Shown here in pieces: positions 1 through 9,468 of a stretch of DNA of 64,000 nt. The DNA is from Candidatus Hodarchaeota archaeon (GTDB lineage Archaea > Asgardarchaeota > Heimdallarchaeia > Hodarchaeales > Hodarchaeaceae): the NCBI GenBank assembly GCA_016839815.1, contig JAEOTM010000076.1:7247-71246 (forward strand), written 5' to 3'. The position numbers and the translations under genes are program-made. The notes under the pieces are model-generated. The model did no database searches. It was not told the origin of the DNA and saw only the letters and a program-made list of their open reading frames with translations. How positions within the stretch are numbered: the first letter of the stretch is position 1; each line of letters begins with the position of its first letter.

Positions 1-921
1 TCCCTCATTTAGATGGGCAATAATGAATTTTGACATGTCAGATGCAGTTGTATAAAGAGAACCTGCTGGATAAGCCATGAAATAAAGTAGCGGTTCTAAG
101 GGAGTCAGCTCCCCATCCTCCAGATAGTATCCTGGTGCGAGATCCTCAAGATAATTAGGATGAATAGGTTGTTTAAAACCAGATGAATTCATGCCTAATG
201 GATCAAAAATATTAATCTTCACATATTGGTCGAATTGAACACCAGTGATTACCTCTACTAAATAACCAGCTAATGCATATCCATAATTAGAATAGCAGAA
301 CACTTCCCCTGGTGCATAGATACGTTTAGGTAAGTTTGTTGCGAGGTACTCCTCTAAGTTTGAACTACTATTAGCAAGATATGTGTGATTCCATACTTCA
401 TCTAGGCCAGCAGTATGAGTTAAAAGATGATGGAATGTTATGGAACGATTAGGATAAGTATTAGGGATTTTGAAAGTGGGTAAATACGTGTTAATATCTG
501 TAGTTAAATTAAGAAGACCTTTTTCATAAAGTTGCATTACCGCAGTTGCAACAAATGTTTTCGAAACGGATCCTGCTCGAAATATCGTCTTATTCGGATT
601 AATAGGTATAGTTGAGGACAAGTTTGCCTGTCCAAATCCTTTTACAAAGAGAGTTTCGTTGTTTTGGACAGCAGATATTACAAGCCCCGGAACAAAGAGT
701 GCATTGAGTATTTCTTCATCACAAATATTATCAATGAATTCTTCTATTGCAGTCGAGTTTATTGTTGAAAAATCTCCCTTAGAGAAAAAGCCAATGTCTT
801 GTAACTCATAAGCAACACCCTTTCTCACTTTTATAGGGAGTTTACTTGGTTCAACATTGCTCCCAAGTGATAAAAAAAGGATCAGAAAAAGGAATAACGT
901 CTTGATTTTACTAATATACAT
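1..921 (-). CDS. serine hydrolase, beta-lactamase/PBP-like family (C-terminal part runs off the window; N-terminal signal peptide)
   Basis: Minus-strand frame is open from ATG at 921 to the window edge (not in the ORF track because there is no stop). My translation: MYISKIKTLFLFLILFLSLG... with SxxK (RAGSVSKTF) and YxN (CYSNYGY) motifs. Confidence 0.8.
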   Translation of the reverse strand, partial: MYISKIKTLFLFLILFLSLGSNVEPSKLPIKVRKGVAYELQDIGFFSKGDFSTINSTAIEEFIDNICDEEILNALFVPGLVISAVQNNETLFVKGFGQANLSSTIPINPNKTIFRAGSVSKTFVATAVMQLYEKGLLNLTTDINTYLPTFKIPNTYPNRSITFHHLLTHTAGLDEVWNHTYLANSSSNLEEYLATNLPKRIYAPGEVFCYSNYGYALAGYLVEVITGVQFDQYVKINIFDPLGMNSSGFKQPIHPNYLEDLAPGYYLEDGELTPLEPLLYFMAYPAGSLYTTASDMSKFIIAHLNEG

Positions 922-960
922 TTTCAAATGGATGGAGCGGTATAAACTCTTTTAAGCCTG

Positions 961-1527
961 ATGAAAGTGGAATATTTTATTCAATTTGCACTTACTCGAG
1001 ATGATGTCATGTCAGAGGCAGTTACAAAGTTAGAATCTTATGCAATTAAGACAGTTTGTATGTCTGCTTCATTAACCGTTTTAAGCTATCTAGCAGGAGC
1101 CGTTGTCTTATATTTCCTATATCCAATCTTAGGGGCATTTTATCTTGGCCTTGCAGTGCTCACCCTCATAGTTAGCATGAAACTCCGTTGTACTCATTGT
1201 TACTATTTGGGGAAATACTGCAATTTCGGTTTGGGCAAGCTCGCCTCATTTCTCTTTAGTAAAGGAGATCCAAGTGAATTTAGTGATTCTAAAAAGGTCG
1301 GTATCACTGCAATCATGAGTTTTGGTACAATGCTCATTCCAGTAGTTGTTGGATTACTGTTACTTGTAATTAATCTTTCTATAGGAACTTTAGGATTGTT
1401 AATTGGGTATATTCTTATCGGTATTGTACCAAATTTCCTTATACGAGGGGATTTGTGTGAGAAATGCATGCAGGGGGACCTTGGTTGTCCGAGTTATGAT
1501 CGAATGCTGAAACGTAAGCTAGATTAG
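961..1527 (+). CDS. hypothetical multi-pass membrane protein with Cys clusters
   Basis: 188-aa ORF with several hydrophobic helices. CxxC-type clusters CTHCYYLGKYC and CEKCMQGDLGC. No family recognised. Confidence 0.5.
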   Translation: MKVEYFIQFALTRDDVMSEAVTKLESYAIKTVCMSASLTVLSYLAGAVVLYFLYPILGAFYLGLAVLTLIVSMKLRCTHCYYLGKYCNFGLGKLASFLFSKGDPSEFSDSKKVGITAIMSFGTMLIPVVVGLLLLVINLSIGTLGLLIGYILIGIVPNFLIRGDLCEKCMQGDLGCPSYDRMLKRKLD

Positions 1528-1657
1528 ATAGCCCTTCTCTTATATAAATAATGCATCAGAATTACTTCTTTCACTGGAGTGATTTGCCTTAAGAATTCTT
1601 GTAAATTTTATAGGTGTAAGTCACTATTTTAACTCACGTCCAGTTGATTCTGTGTTT

Positions 1658-2092
1658 TTATTGGTTTTTCACTTTCTCAATGTCTTCTACGGGTAACCAA
1701 TCATCCATATTTCCATATTCAGATCTATCAATTGCGAATGGTGATACTTCTTCCACATCTTTGATTGAAATAAGAACAAGATAGCGTTTACCTGCCCAGC
1801 GTTTGATCTGTTTCTCTGTTAAATTCAACTTGGGTTGATTTTCTTCTACTAAGTGGATTGAAGCTTCCTTTGTCAACTTATCTGTATTTACAACGTTCGT
1901 TACCACACATTTTACTCGAATCAAACCCTCTCCATTATTACGTATTAGATATAATGTGTCATCTTCGTGAACTCTTCCATAAGGTAGTTTGCGTCCAGTT
2001 GCTCCACGAATGATCATCGTTCGTTTTCCTGCAACAATTTCCTCCATATCTGTTGCTTTTGCTTTTGCATCTACATAGACTACGTGATCCAT
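1658..2092 (-). CDS. ASCH/PUA-like domain protein (tentative)
   Basis: 144-aa ORF. Size and the pattern GKRTMIIRG...DTLYLI...IRVKCVV...KRYLVLISI resemble ASCH-type beta-barrel proteins. Family call is weak. Confidence 0.4.
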   Translation of the reverse strand: MDHVVYVDAKAKATDMEEIVAGKRTMIIRGATGRKLPYGRVHEDDTLYLIRNNGEGLIRVKCVVTNVVNTDKLTKEASIHLVEENQPKLNLTEKQIKRWAGKRYLVLISIKDVEEVSPFAIDRSEYGNMDDWLPVEDIEKVKNQ

Positions 2093-2221
2093 TGATTTAC
2101 ACCTTAACCTATCAGCTGTACCACAAGTTACCCAGAGTATTCTGAAGGAAAGTAAAAGAATTCACACATGACTCTGATGGTATGGTTAAAAACTAAGCTT
2201 GTAAATTTTTCACTCGTGCAT

Positions 2222-2350
2222 TTATTGAAAAACTAAAGCGGGATCTACGCCATTAAGATTAATTGTTGCTTCATAATTCAAATATTCCAGAATTTTTATG
2301 AGATCTTTGATCTCACCATCAGCTGAAGATTCTTTTGATTCAGTTGTCAT
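2222..2350 (-). CDS. possible small acidic protein (42 aa)
   Basis: My translation is MTTESKESSADGEIKDLIKILEYLNYEATINLNGVDPALVFQ. A strong SD (GAGGTGA) lies 9-15 nt upstream in an otherwise empty 430-bp gap. No homology support. Confidence 0.25.
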   Translation of the reverse strand: MTTESKESSADGEIKDLIKILEYLNYEATINLNGVDPALVFQ

Positions 2351-2526
2351 TTTTCCTTCACCTCACTTATACCTCTTCTGGTTTATAAGTTTAATCTCTG
2401 AGGCAGAAGAGAAAACCTCCTGATTATCTGAATTTCATCCACACCTCGTTTGGATATATCTATGATCATTTATAATAACTAGCTTAAGATTAAGCACTAA
2501 GAAAAGGAAGGAAGGGGAAAAGGTCC

Positions 2527-3288
2527 TTACTTTTGTTTTCGTGAAATAATTACTAGGTATAATATACCAACTACAAGTAAAAATCCCTGAAATCCAGGAG
2601 TACTCGCGGTCTGAGTTGAAGTAGTCAGTTCATCTTGAGAAATCGTAACTGAGACTGTCATTGTAGTACTCTCTTGCGGAGTACTGATGGTCATACTTGA
2701 GGAGCCTCGAGTTCCACCATGATACTCACTAAAGCTATCAGATACACCATATGCCCAAATGATGTCGATTTCACCAGATAAAGGGATATCACTATCATAT
2801 TGATCTCCAGTAGCGAGAAGACGAGTAAACTCAATCGTTGTACTAGTTGTATTCTCGAGACCAGCATATGAGAGGATATCATTGGTTCCTCCCAGATCAG
2901 TGTCCTCTGGGTGGTTTGAGCCTGTTGCAACAAGGGAATAAGCATCTTTAATAACAACGGTACCATTTGATTCTACCCATGCATAAATAATATCTGCATC
3001 CTTCATCTGCACTGATGGATTAAAACCTATAGCTAACCACCCTGTAGTTTTTACAGTTATACCAATTGATATGTTAGTATCATCTATTACTTCCCAATTA
3101 AGATTATAATTCCCACCTCCAAGTGATAATGAGGAAGTATATTCATCTGAAGAGATAACTCCATCAACTTCCGGTACTCGCAGTATGGAATATGTAAATG
3201 TGTAAGTACTGACCATTTGGATACTAGCGACGAGAAGAATAAAGGAGAAAAATATAAGAAGTATTTTTATTGATTTTTTTTGTAACAT
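2527..3288 (-). CDS. secreted DOMON-domain protein with PGF-CTERM-type C-terminal sorting signal
   Basis: N-terminal signal. DOMON-like core: GWLAIGFNPSVQMKDADIIYAW...TIEFTRLLATGDQYDSDI...IIWAYG. S/T-rich stalk, then TPGFQGFLLVVGILYLVIISRKQK (PGF + TM helix + basic tail). Confidence 0.7.
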   Translation of the reverse strand: MLQKKSIKILLIFFSFILLVASIQMVSTYTFTYSILRVPEVDGVISSDEYTSSLSLGGGNYNLNWEVIDDTNISIGITVKTTGWLAIGFNPSVQMKDADIIYAWVESNGTVVIKDAYSLVATGSNHPEDTDLGGTNDILSYAGLENTTSTTIEFTRLLATGDQYDSDIPLSGEIDIIWAYGVSDSFSEYHGGTRGSSSMTISTPQESTTMTVSVTISQDELTTSTQTASTPGFQGFLLVVGILYLVIISRKQK

Positions 3289-3529
3289 GACAATTACCTT
3301 GTGAACTTGTGCTGATAGATACGCATATGCTAGTTTTTTTTAGATAATTGCCAATGATTCTCGAAGATTTCGATTATCGAAGAGAATTTAAGCACAGAAA
3401 GGACTAAAACTAAATCAAGACGAGAAGTCTATCTAATTATTTTCCATTTTCTACAATTCTTATTTTCAATTCAAAACAGAAAGTTATTGAGCATTCTAAA
3501 ATTCAAATTCGGAGATATCTACAATCGTA

Positions 3530-5002
3530 TTGACTCAACTATATGAAATTAATACCAGAGTGTGGTTATACTCTCTGCAGAAAGAACTTAACAGAAAACT
3601 AACCCTATTAACTATTCCTGATGAACTTTGGATCGATATTATTGAAAAAGGATTTGAGTGGATTTGGTTGATGGGAGTATGGGAACATTCTCCCCTTTCT
3701 CAAGAAGAATTAGCTAAACTTCCAGGTTTAGCTACAGAGATAACGAAAGCTTTTCCCTCTTGGGCCCCTATCGATGTAATTGGTTCACCTTATTCAATCA
3801 TAGATTATAAATTAAATTCGATGTTAGGCAAACCAGGAGATTTACAACGTCTCAAGCAAAAATTAAATGATTTTGGAGCTAGATTGATTCTAGATTTCGT
3901 TCCTAACCATTATGGAAATGCTTCTAAGTTGGTCTTGACAAACCCAGAATTTTTTATTTCAATCGAAGACACACCAAATGATCAATCATTGTTTAAACTG
4001 GTAAATACCAAAAAAGGAAAACGCTGGATAGCCTATGGGAAGGATCCTTACTTTTCTCCATGGACTGATACATTTCAGTTGAATTACTTTAGTGAAAAGA
4101 CACGTGAATACATGATCACAAAATTACGCGATATCGCTCTCGTATGTGATGGTATTCGATGTGATATGGCTATGTTATGTCTGAATGAAATTATTCAGAA
4201 AACTTGGGGGCTTTATCTTGACGGAAATAAAGCTGCTGAGCCAAATAGATCTGAATTCTGGACTCAGGCAATTGAAACTATTAAAACCGATCATCCCAAC
4301 TTTCAATTTCTCGCAGAAGTATATTGGAACCTTGGTGGACGATTACAACAAATGGGGTTTGATTATACTTATGATAAAGACCTGTATGATTTACTAGAAT
4401 CAGGTTCTGCAGAAAAAATTCACTCCCATATCAATTCAAGCAATAAGACTCTATCAAATACAATTAGTTTTATCGAGAATCATGATGAAAAACGAGCTAT
4501 TGAAGTTTTTGGAAGAAAAAGATCAATTGCAGCAGCTATTGTTATGGGTACCCTTCCTGGGATGAGTTTATACCATCAAGGTCAGTTAGAGGGGATGAAG
4601 ATAAAAATTCCTGTTCAGTTGAGACAGAAACAGTCAGAATATCCTGATAATGAAATTAAATCTGTATATAATCGTATTCTTGGATTTACACGACAAATAA
4701 TTTACAATCATGAAATATGGTCAATGTTATCTTCCTCAAATCCCCATGTCCTCGCTTGGCAATGGAGTACTCCTAATTCCGATAAGTACCGTCTCGTAGC
4801 AGTTAACTATTCATCCACTCCTGCTCAAGGACATATTTTTCTTCTCAAAGAATTCATTCAAAGCCATATTGAACAATTTATCTTTAATGATATCTTGAAT
4901 CAGGAGAAATATAAGTGGGATAGTATACACTTATCTAAACACGGTCTTTATGTCGATCTTCCCCCGTTTGAGAGTCATCTCTTCACTGTAAATCCAATCT
5001 AG
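3530..5002 (+). CDS. glycoside hydrolase family 13 (alpha-amylase catalytic domain) protein
   Basis: All four GH13 regions are present: LILDFVPNH (I), GIRCDMA (II, nucleophile D), FLAEVYW (III, acid/base E), FIENHDE (IV). TTG start; no signal peptide. Confidence 0.8.
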   Translation: MTQLYEINTRVWLYSLQKELNRKLTLLTIPDELWIDIIEKGFEWIWLMGVWEHSPLSQEELAKLPGLATEITKAFPSWAPIDVIGSPYSIIDYKLNSMLGKPGDLQRLKQKLNDFGARLILDFVPNHYGNASKLVLTNPEFFISIEDTPNDQSLFKLVNTKKGKRWIAYGKDPYFSPWTDTFQLNYFSEKTREYMITKLRDIALVCDGIRCDMAMLCLNEIIQKTWGLYLDGNKAAEPNRSEFWTQAIETIKTDHPNFQFLAEVYWNLGGRLQQMGFDYTYDKDLYDLLESGSAEKIHSHINSSNKTLSNTISFIENHDEKRAIEVFGRKRSIAAAIVMGTLPGMSLYHQGQLEGMKIKIPVQLRQKQSEYPDNEIKSVYNRILGFTRQIIYNHEIWSMLSSSNPHVLAWQWSTPNSDKYRLVAVNYSSTPAQGHIFLLKEFIQSHIEQFIFNDILNQEKYKWDSIHLSKHGLYVDLPPFESHLFTVNPI

Positions 5003-5055
5003 GAATTCTTTCTGAATATTACTTCCCACTAGGAATAAGAAATCTGTTCTTTAAC

Positions 5056-5889
5056 TTACAAATTACCAACTGGTGCGCTATGATATACTTCTCGAATGTG
5101 TTGAAGTCCTTCAATCAATAGTGGTTTTAAAGAATCTTTTGAATATAAAGTATCTTCATTGACTACTCCCATAAAATTGTCTATCATTATTCGAAATCGG
5201 GGGGCAAGTCCTTCAGTTTGTTCATAAACTTGTGTTCTTGCCTCTACTAATCTCATTTTCAGATCTAAACCCGAGATTTCAAGTAAGTCGGTTGAGAGGT
5301 CAGAAATCAAGTTGTCTATAATTGTCAAAATATTAGCTTTATCTTGTTCTGATAAACAGACTATCTGTGATCGAATTTTTGATAGTTCTTGTTGAATAGT
5401 TCTTTCAGAGACACTTGAAGGTTCACTCTTTCGTATAGGGATTTCTAATTGAGAGTTTATTACCGATATATCCGATTTGATAACTAAAATTGCTTTCTCA
5501 ATCGTATTCATTCCTTGAGTGAACTGGGAGTTAATGGTTTCCTGATAATTCGCAAAAGATTTGGAAATTTCTTTAAGTTGACTGGTTAACAAGACTATTG
5601 CATCGTGCATTTCACTTATTGAGTCCGATTGTCCGTTGGGAGAATCAGTATCGTCAGTAATTTGAGAAATCGAACCGAGTAAGTTTTCGATTTTTTCCAG
5701 CCCTGCTATCTGGGAGACCTCAAGAGATTTTAGATTTGCTTCTGTTGTTGAAAGATCATCTAATTTTTCATTAACACTCCGCAACACACTTGTTGTGTTT
5801 CGGTTACTCATTCGGATCCATTCAATAAAATTATTTATTGTTTCTTCAAGAGATTTTCCTGGATTTAGTTTGGGATCATATGGTTTCAT
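5056..5889 (-). CDS. hypothetical coiled-coil protein
   Basis: 277-aa ORF rich in heptad-like S/E/Q/L/I segments. No TM segment and no recognisable catalytic motif. Confidence 0.5.
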   Translation of the reverse strand: MKPYDPKLNPGKSLEETINNFIEWIRMSNRNTTSVLRSVNEKLDDLSTTEANLKSLEVSQIAGLEKIENLLGSISQITDDTDSPNGQSDSISEMHDAIVLLTSQLKEISKSFANYQETINSQFTQGMNTIEKAILVIKSDISVINSQLEIPIRKSEPSSVSERTIQQELSKIRSQIVCLSEQDKANILTIIDNLISDLSTDLLEISGLDLKMRLVEARTQVYEQTEGLAPRFRIMIDNFMGVVNEDTLYSKDSLKPLLIEGLQHIREVYHSAPVGNL

Positions 5890-6034
5890 CTTAATACCCA
5901 GAAAGAAGTTGTTATATCAAAGCTTTGGAAGGAATAAGGATTAAAAACTTTATTTCTGAATTTAGCTTTAGTTACCTGATTGGAGTAAACAATCATCTCT
6001 TATAATCATTTGTAAATCCTATTTATTGGTTGGT

Positions 6035-6856
6035 TCAATCAACCCATGAGAGATGGAGGTTTAAGGCGATGAGAGCGACTATTGCTATTATTATCTGAAT
6101 ATGAATCCCTCTCGCAATTCTACGAGCATTTTTCATCAATGGTGCTTTTTTCCACCAATTTATTCTTAGAATAAGTCCTGCTAACGATAAATAGACTCCA
6201 TAAGCCATTGCTGTCCACGCAAAGAAAAAATTTGGTCCATTATGATCCTCAAACAAGCTGATCATATGAAGAATCACGAAGATACATAACATAAGACATC
6301 CGATACAATGAATATTTAGTAAAACTCTCCGAATTGTAAAGTAAATGGATTTACTCAGTTTTTTAGGATTATATATTCTAACTCCATCATTTTCTTCTTC
6401 AACCATTCCTTTATTTCGATAATAGCTATATTTCATGACAATTTTTTCTAATGTATAAACTATTAGATCTTTCAAGTATATCCACAGTACGAATGGTAAG
6501 ATTAAGATTAGTACAAAAGAATTTGCTGTTTCTCCAAATGATTTTCCTAAATCTTTCTCTGTCTCCAGTGAAAGATCAAGGTTTGATTTAAGTAAATCAG
6601 CAGTTAGAGCAAATAATAGAAGTAATGAGAGCGAAAAAAGAAGAGTTCTAGGATATTTCACCTGTTTCTTGATTGCACGATTTCCCGTCTTTTTAAGTAG
6701 TAGAATGAGTTCGCCACTCAACAGAGTTCCTTCCAGTATGGAATTAGAGCAATACTTCCAGATCTGACCCGTATCCTTTAATAAAGTTACTTTTTTTAAT
6801 GGTAGGGTATGTAGTCGTAAGGAACGATTATGAGGTAATAAGACTATGAAAATCAA
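6035..6856 (-). CDS. hypothetical multi-pass membrane protein (paired His in two C-terminal helices; start uncertain)
   Basis: 273-aa ORF. Its 5' end overlaps the divergent gene at 6846 by 11 nt, so the true start may be internal. Helices NIHCIGCLMLCIFVILH and GIHIQIIIAIVALIALNLH each carry two His. Confidence 0.45.
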   Translation of the reverse strand: MIFIVLLPHNRSLRLHTLPLKKVTLLKDTGQIWKYCSNSILEGTLLSGELILLLKKTGNRAIKKQVKYPRTLLFSLSLLLLFALTADLLKSNLDLSLETEKDLGKSFGETANSFVLILILPFVLWIYLKDLIVYTLEKIVMKYSYYRNKGMVEEENDGVRIYNPKKLSKSIYFTIRRVLLNIHCIGCLMLCIFVILHMISLFEDHNGPNFFFAWTAMAYGVYLSLAGLILRINWWKKAPLMKNARRIARGIHIQIIIAIVALIALNLHLSWVD

Positions 6857-7457
6857 TCAGACCCAAAAAGTAATGATTACGATTGTTTTATCGATAGCTG
6901 TCTTTTCTAGCATTTTAATCACGATAATTAATCAGCAATCAGCCACTGCAAGTATAGATGGATCTACTGATATATCCGCTGTAGCTACTTCGTTATATCT
7001 GAAGCTTACCGGCGAAACCCAAGGTGATATCAATGGTGGTGTCACTAGAGCTTCATATGAAAATTGGATTGAAGTTCTGAGTTATTCACATACTATCAAG
7101 GCTCCCTACGATCCTGATACAGGTCTTCCTACTGGGAAACGTCAACACTCTCCGTTTCGAGTAACAAAATCAATAGATCAAGCCACCCCCTTATTGATGA
7201 GTGCACTTTCAAACAATGAATTACTTGTTAGTTTCGAATTTCGAATTTTAACCCCCTCAAATACAGGTCAAGAGGTTCATCTGATGACTATTGAGCTTCA
7301 CAATGCGCGTATTGTTTCGTATCAAGGATCTGGATCAACTGCTTTTGATTCTAATGTACTTACCGAGACATTCTCCTTTGTGTACACCAAAATAACTTGG
7401 ACGTGGATGGATGGTGGTATTACTTCTGAAGATGACTGGAATCCTCCACCTGTATAA
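6846..7457 (+). CDS. hcp: Hcp/TssD-family (T6SS tube protein fold) homolog with N-terminal Sec-type signal peptide
   Basis: LYLKLTGETQGDI...ENWIEVLSYSH...TGLPTGKRQHSPFRVTKSIDQATPLLMSAL...FEFRI...TIELHNARIVSY...TETFSFVYTKITWTW matches the Hcp pattern (IEVxxFxH, TGxRxHxPxxxTKxIDxxSPxL, EKITWTY). N-terminus KVMITIVLSIAVFSSILITII...ATA|S. Confidence 0.75.
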   Translation: MKINQTQKVMITIVLSIAVFSSILITIINQQSATASIDGSTDISAVATSLYLKLTGETQGDINGGVTRASYENWIEVLSYSHTIKAPYDPDTGLPTGKRQHSPFRVTKSIDQATPLLMSALSNNELLVSFEFRILTPSNTGQEVHLMTIELHNARIVSYQGSGSTAFDSNVLTETFSFVYTKITWTWMDGGITSEDDWNPPPV

Positions 7458-7480
7458 AGCTACGAATGCATCAATTATAG

Positions 7481-8161
7481 TTGATTAGCATGCGACATAA
7501 TAAATTCAGCCCTTGGCTAATTATTGCAATTTTTATTTCTCTTACTCCCGCAGCTGCAATTACCGAACCTGTGGAAGTATTAAATATCTACCATGAAGGG
7601 GCACTGATTTCTGTTCAACTTACAGATTATTCTTTAGCGGATCGAGATCGAGAAGATTGTTTTGTTCTTTTCATTGTGATTTCACCTACTGAAGATCCAT
7701 TCGAAATTCATGCAGCCATTCTACTGTTTGAGACGGCTGGTGGAGGATCACACTATTGTTTTTGGATCCTTGAAAATCCTTATTTCAGTGCCACATGGCA
7801 TTCAGGATATGTAAATGAGCATTTCTTTGTAATGGACCTTCAATATGATTTTATGTTTAGTGAGTATACCCATATCGCAAGCCCCTCTGTCTCAATCCTT
7901 GCTCTTGCGGGGATTATTCCAAGTTTCCCAGTAAGTTCTGAAACAAATGAGTTTTCTCCAATTTTGGATGAGTTTGCTGACATACTATTGACCTACAACG
8001 TTACTATCTCTCCTCCTGTTACTACTTCATCTACCACTACAACATCTACATCAATCCCCTTATCTACAACAACTGACTCCATTAGCTCAGGAATAGGTGT
8101 ACTTCTAGGACTTCTGACATTATTTTCTGTGGTAATCCTTAGAACCAAGAAAAATCGATGA
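7481..8161 (+). CDS. hypothetical secreted protein with S/T-rich stalk and C-terminal membrane anchor
   Basis: Starts 23 nt after the Hcp-like gene. N-terminal signal (WLIIAIFISLTPAAA). TTSSTTTTSTS stalk, then GIGVLLGLLTLFSVVILRTKKNR. Confidence 0.5.
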   Translation: MISMRHNKFSPWLIIAIFISLTPAAAITEPVEVLNIYHEGALISVQLTDYSLADRDREDCFVLFIVISPTEDPFEIHAAILLFETAGGGSHYCFWILENPYFSATWHSGYVNEHFFVMDLQYDFMFSEYTHIASPSVSILALAGIIPSFPVSSETNEFSPILDEFADILLTYNVTISPPVTTSSTTTTSTSIPLSTTTDSISSGIGVLLGLLTLFSVVILRTKKNR

Positions 8162-8266
8162 ATTATCCTCTTCCCTCCCTTTTTTAAGAATATTGAGAAT
8201 TCCTAAATCAACATTACTCATGGGGAAAAAACCAGAGAGATCCTGAATCTCGTTATTTACTGTTGT

Positions 8267-9334
8267 TCAATAAATTCGGGCTAATGCGAATAAGAAACCA
8301 CCTAAAGCCAAAAACATGGTTCCTGCAATTAACAAATAAATACCTACTCCAATATCTAGGGAAATGATCCCACCTACAATGAAAAAAGTTCCTAAGGCCA
8401 GCGAAAGAATTCCATTCCGAATATTTCTTCGTCGAACTACACTCGCTTGAGATCGTGTTTTCGCTACTGCATCTCTAACAATTGTATCTGATTCTTCCTG
8501 AGATAAATGATATGGTTTGGTTTCAGAAGAAGTGTAACTAGATGTACTTGCTGATGATTTTGATATCTGTGGTTGCGTGATCGTTTGGGGAGTCTTAACT
8601 CGTTTCTTTTTGGAGGAATTAAAACGATATAAGCCAATTCCTATAACTGCAAGTACTCCTACAATCGCCATTAATGGAAGTAATTGATCTATTAATGAAG
8701 GAGAATCAGAATCCTCCTCTACCTGAAGTTTCATTCCTGTCATGTCTACATCAGGTTTTCCTCCACTCACAAATAAGTAACAATCAATCTCAATATAAGT
8801 GGATTCCTGATCCTCATCTCCATTCAAAAAGATAAAGGCCCAAGGTGTTGAGTAATCGATACCTAAAAAAGTCTGGAATTCTGACATACTTGACCCTTCA
8901 AACAGAATGTATGAAGTAATTGAATATGAATCTGAAAAAGCCCAAGAATCAAAGGAAGCATTTGTCATGGCTGACAACTCGATATCGACATCTGAATTAC
9001 TTCCTGTGAAGAAGTAATCAAGTTCATAATCCTCATCCACATCATTATCAGTCCAAAATACGTAATATTCGTTATAATCAAGTGTACCTTCCCATGTTAT
9101 ACGTGTATATTCAGAGGAAGAAGTTTTAAAACTTTTAATTGGTTTACAATATTCAGTGTCAGTGGTATTTTGATGAAGGGATTTTTCTTGGAAAATTATT
9201 GGTAATGTGATAGTCAAAGCTAGAATGAATACTGTTACGATTACCAATGAGTTGGTACAAACTCTTCCCTTCCGTAAACAATTGAATTCCTTTATTCTCA
9301 TCTGAATTTCCTCCCGAATCACCCCACTTGGCAT
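8267..9334 (-). CDS. hypothetical membrane protein (acidic ectodomain, S/T/K-rich linker, C-terminal helix pair)
   Basis: 355-aa ORF with TM segments near residues 30-50, 220-240 and 310-355. No family recognised. Confidence 0.5.
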   Translation of the reverse strand: MPSGVIREEIQMRIKEFNCLRKGRVCTNSLVIVTVFILALTITLPIIFQEKSLHQNTTDTEYCKPIKSFKTSSSEYTRITWEGTLDYNEYYVFWTDNDVDEDYELDYFFTGSNSDVDIELSAMTNASFDSWAFSDSYSITSYILFEGSSMSEFQTFLGIDYSTPWAFIFLNGDEDQESTYIEIDCYLFVSGGKPDVDMTGMKLQVEEDSDSPSLIDQLLPLMAIVGVLAVIGIGLYRFNSSKKKRVKTPQTITQPQISKSSASTSSYTSSETKPYHLSQEESDTIVRDAVAKTRSQASVVRRRNIRNGILSLALGTFFIVGGIISLDIGVGIYLLIAGTMFLALGGFLFALARIY

Positions 9335-9468
9335 CTTTAAAACTTTTTTGCTTGACTGAATTTAGTTACAAACACTTCTATCATGAACTAAAATCTATGA
9401 ACTTAAGAATCAGTCTTTTCATAGTATAAAGGAGGACTTTATATTTAATTCTTTTATGGAAATCAATC

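Noticed and set aside
6846-7457. Calling the region a type VI secretion locus because of the Hcp-like gene.
   Set aside because: No TssB/C sheath, VgrG, PAAR, baseplate, TssM/L or ClpV-like ORFs occur anywhere in the 64 kb. Only the single Hcp-fold gene is supported.
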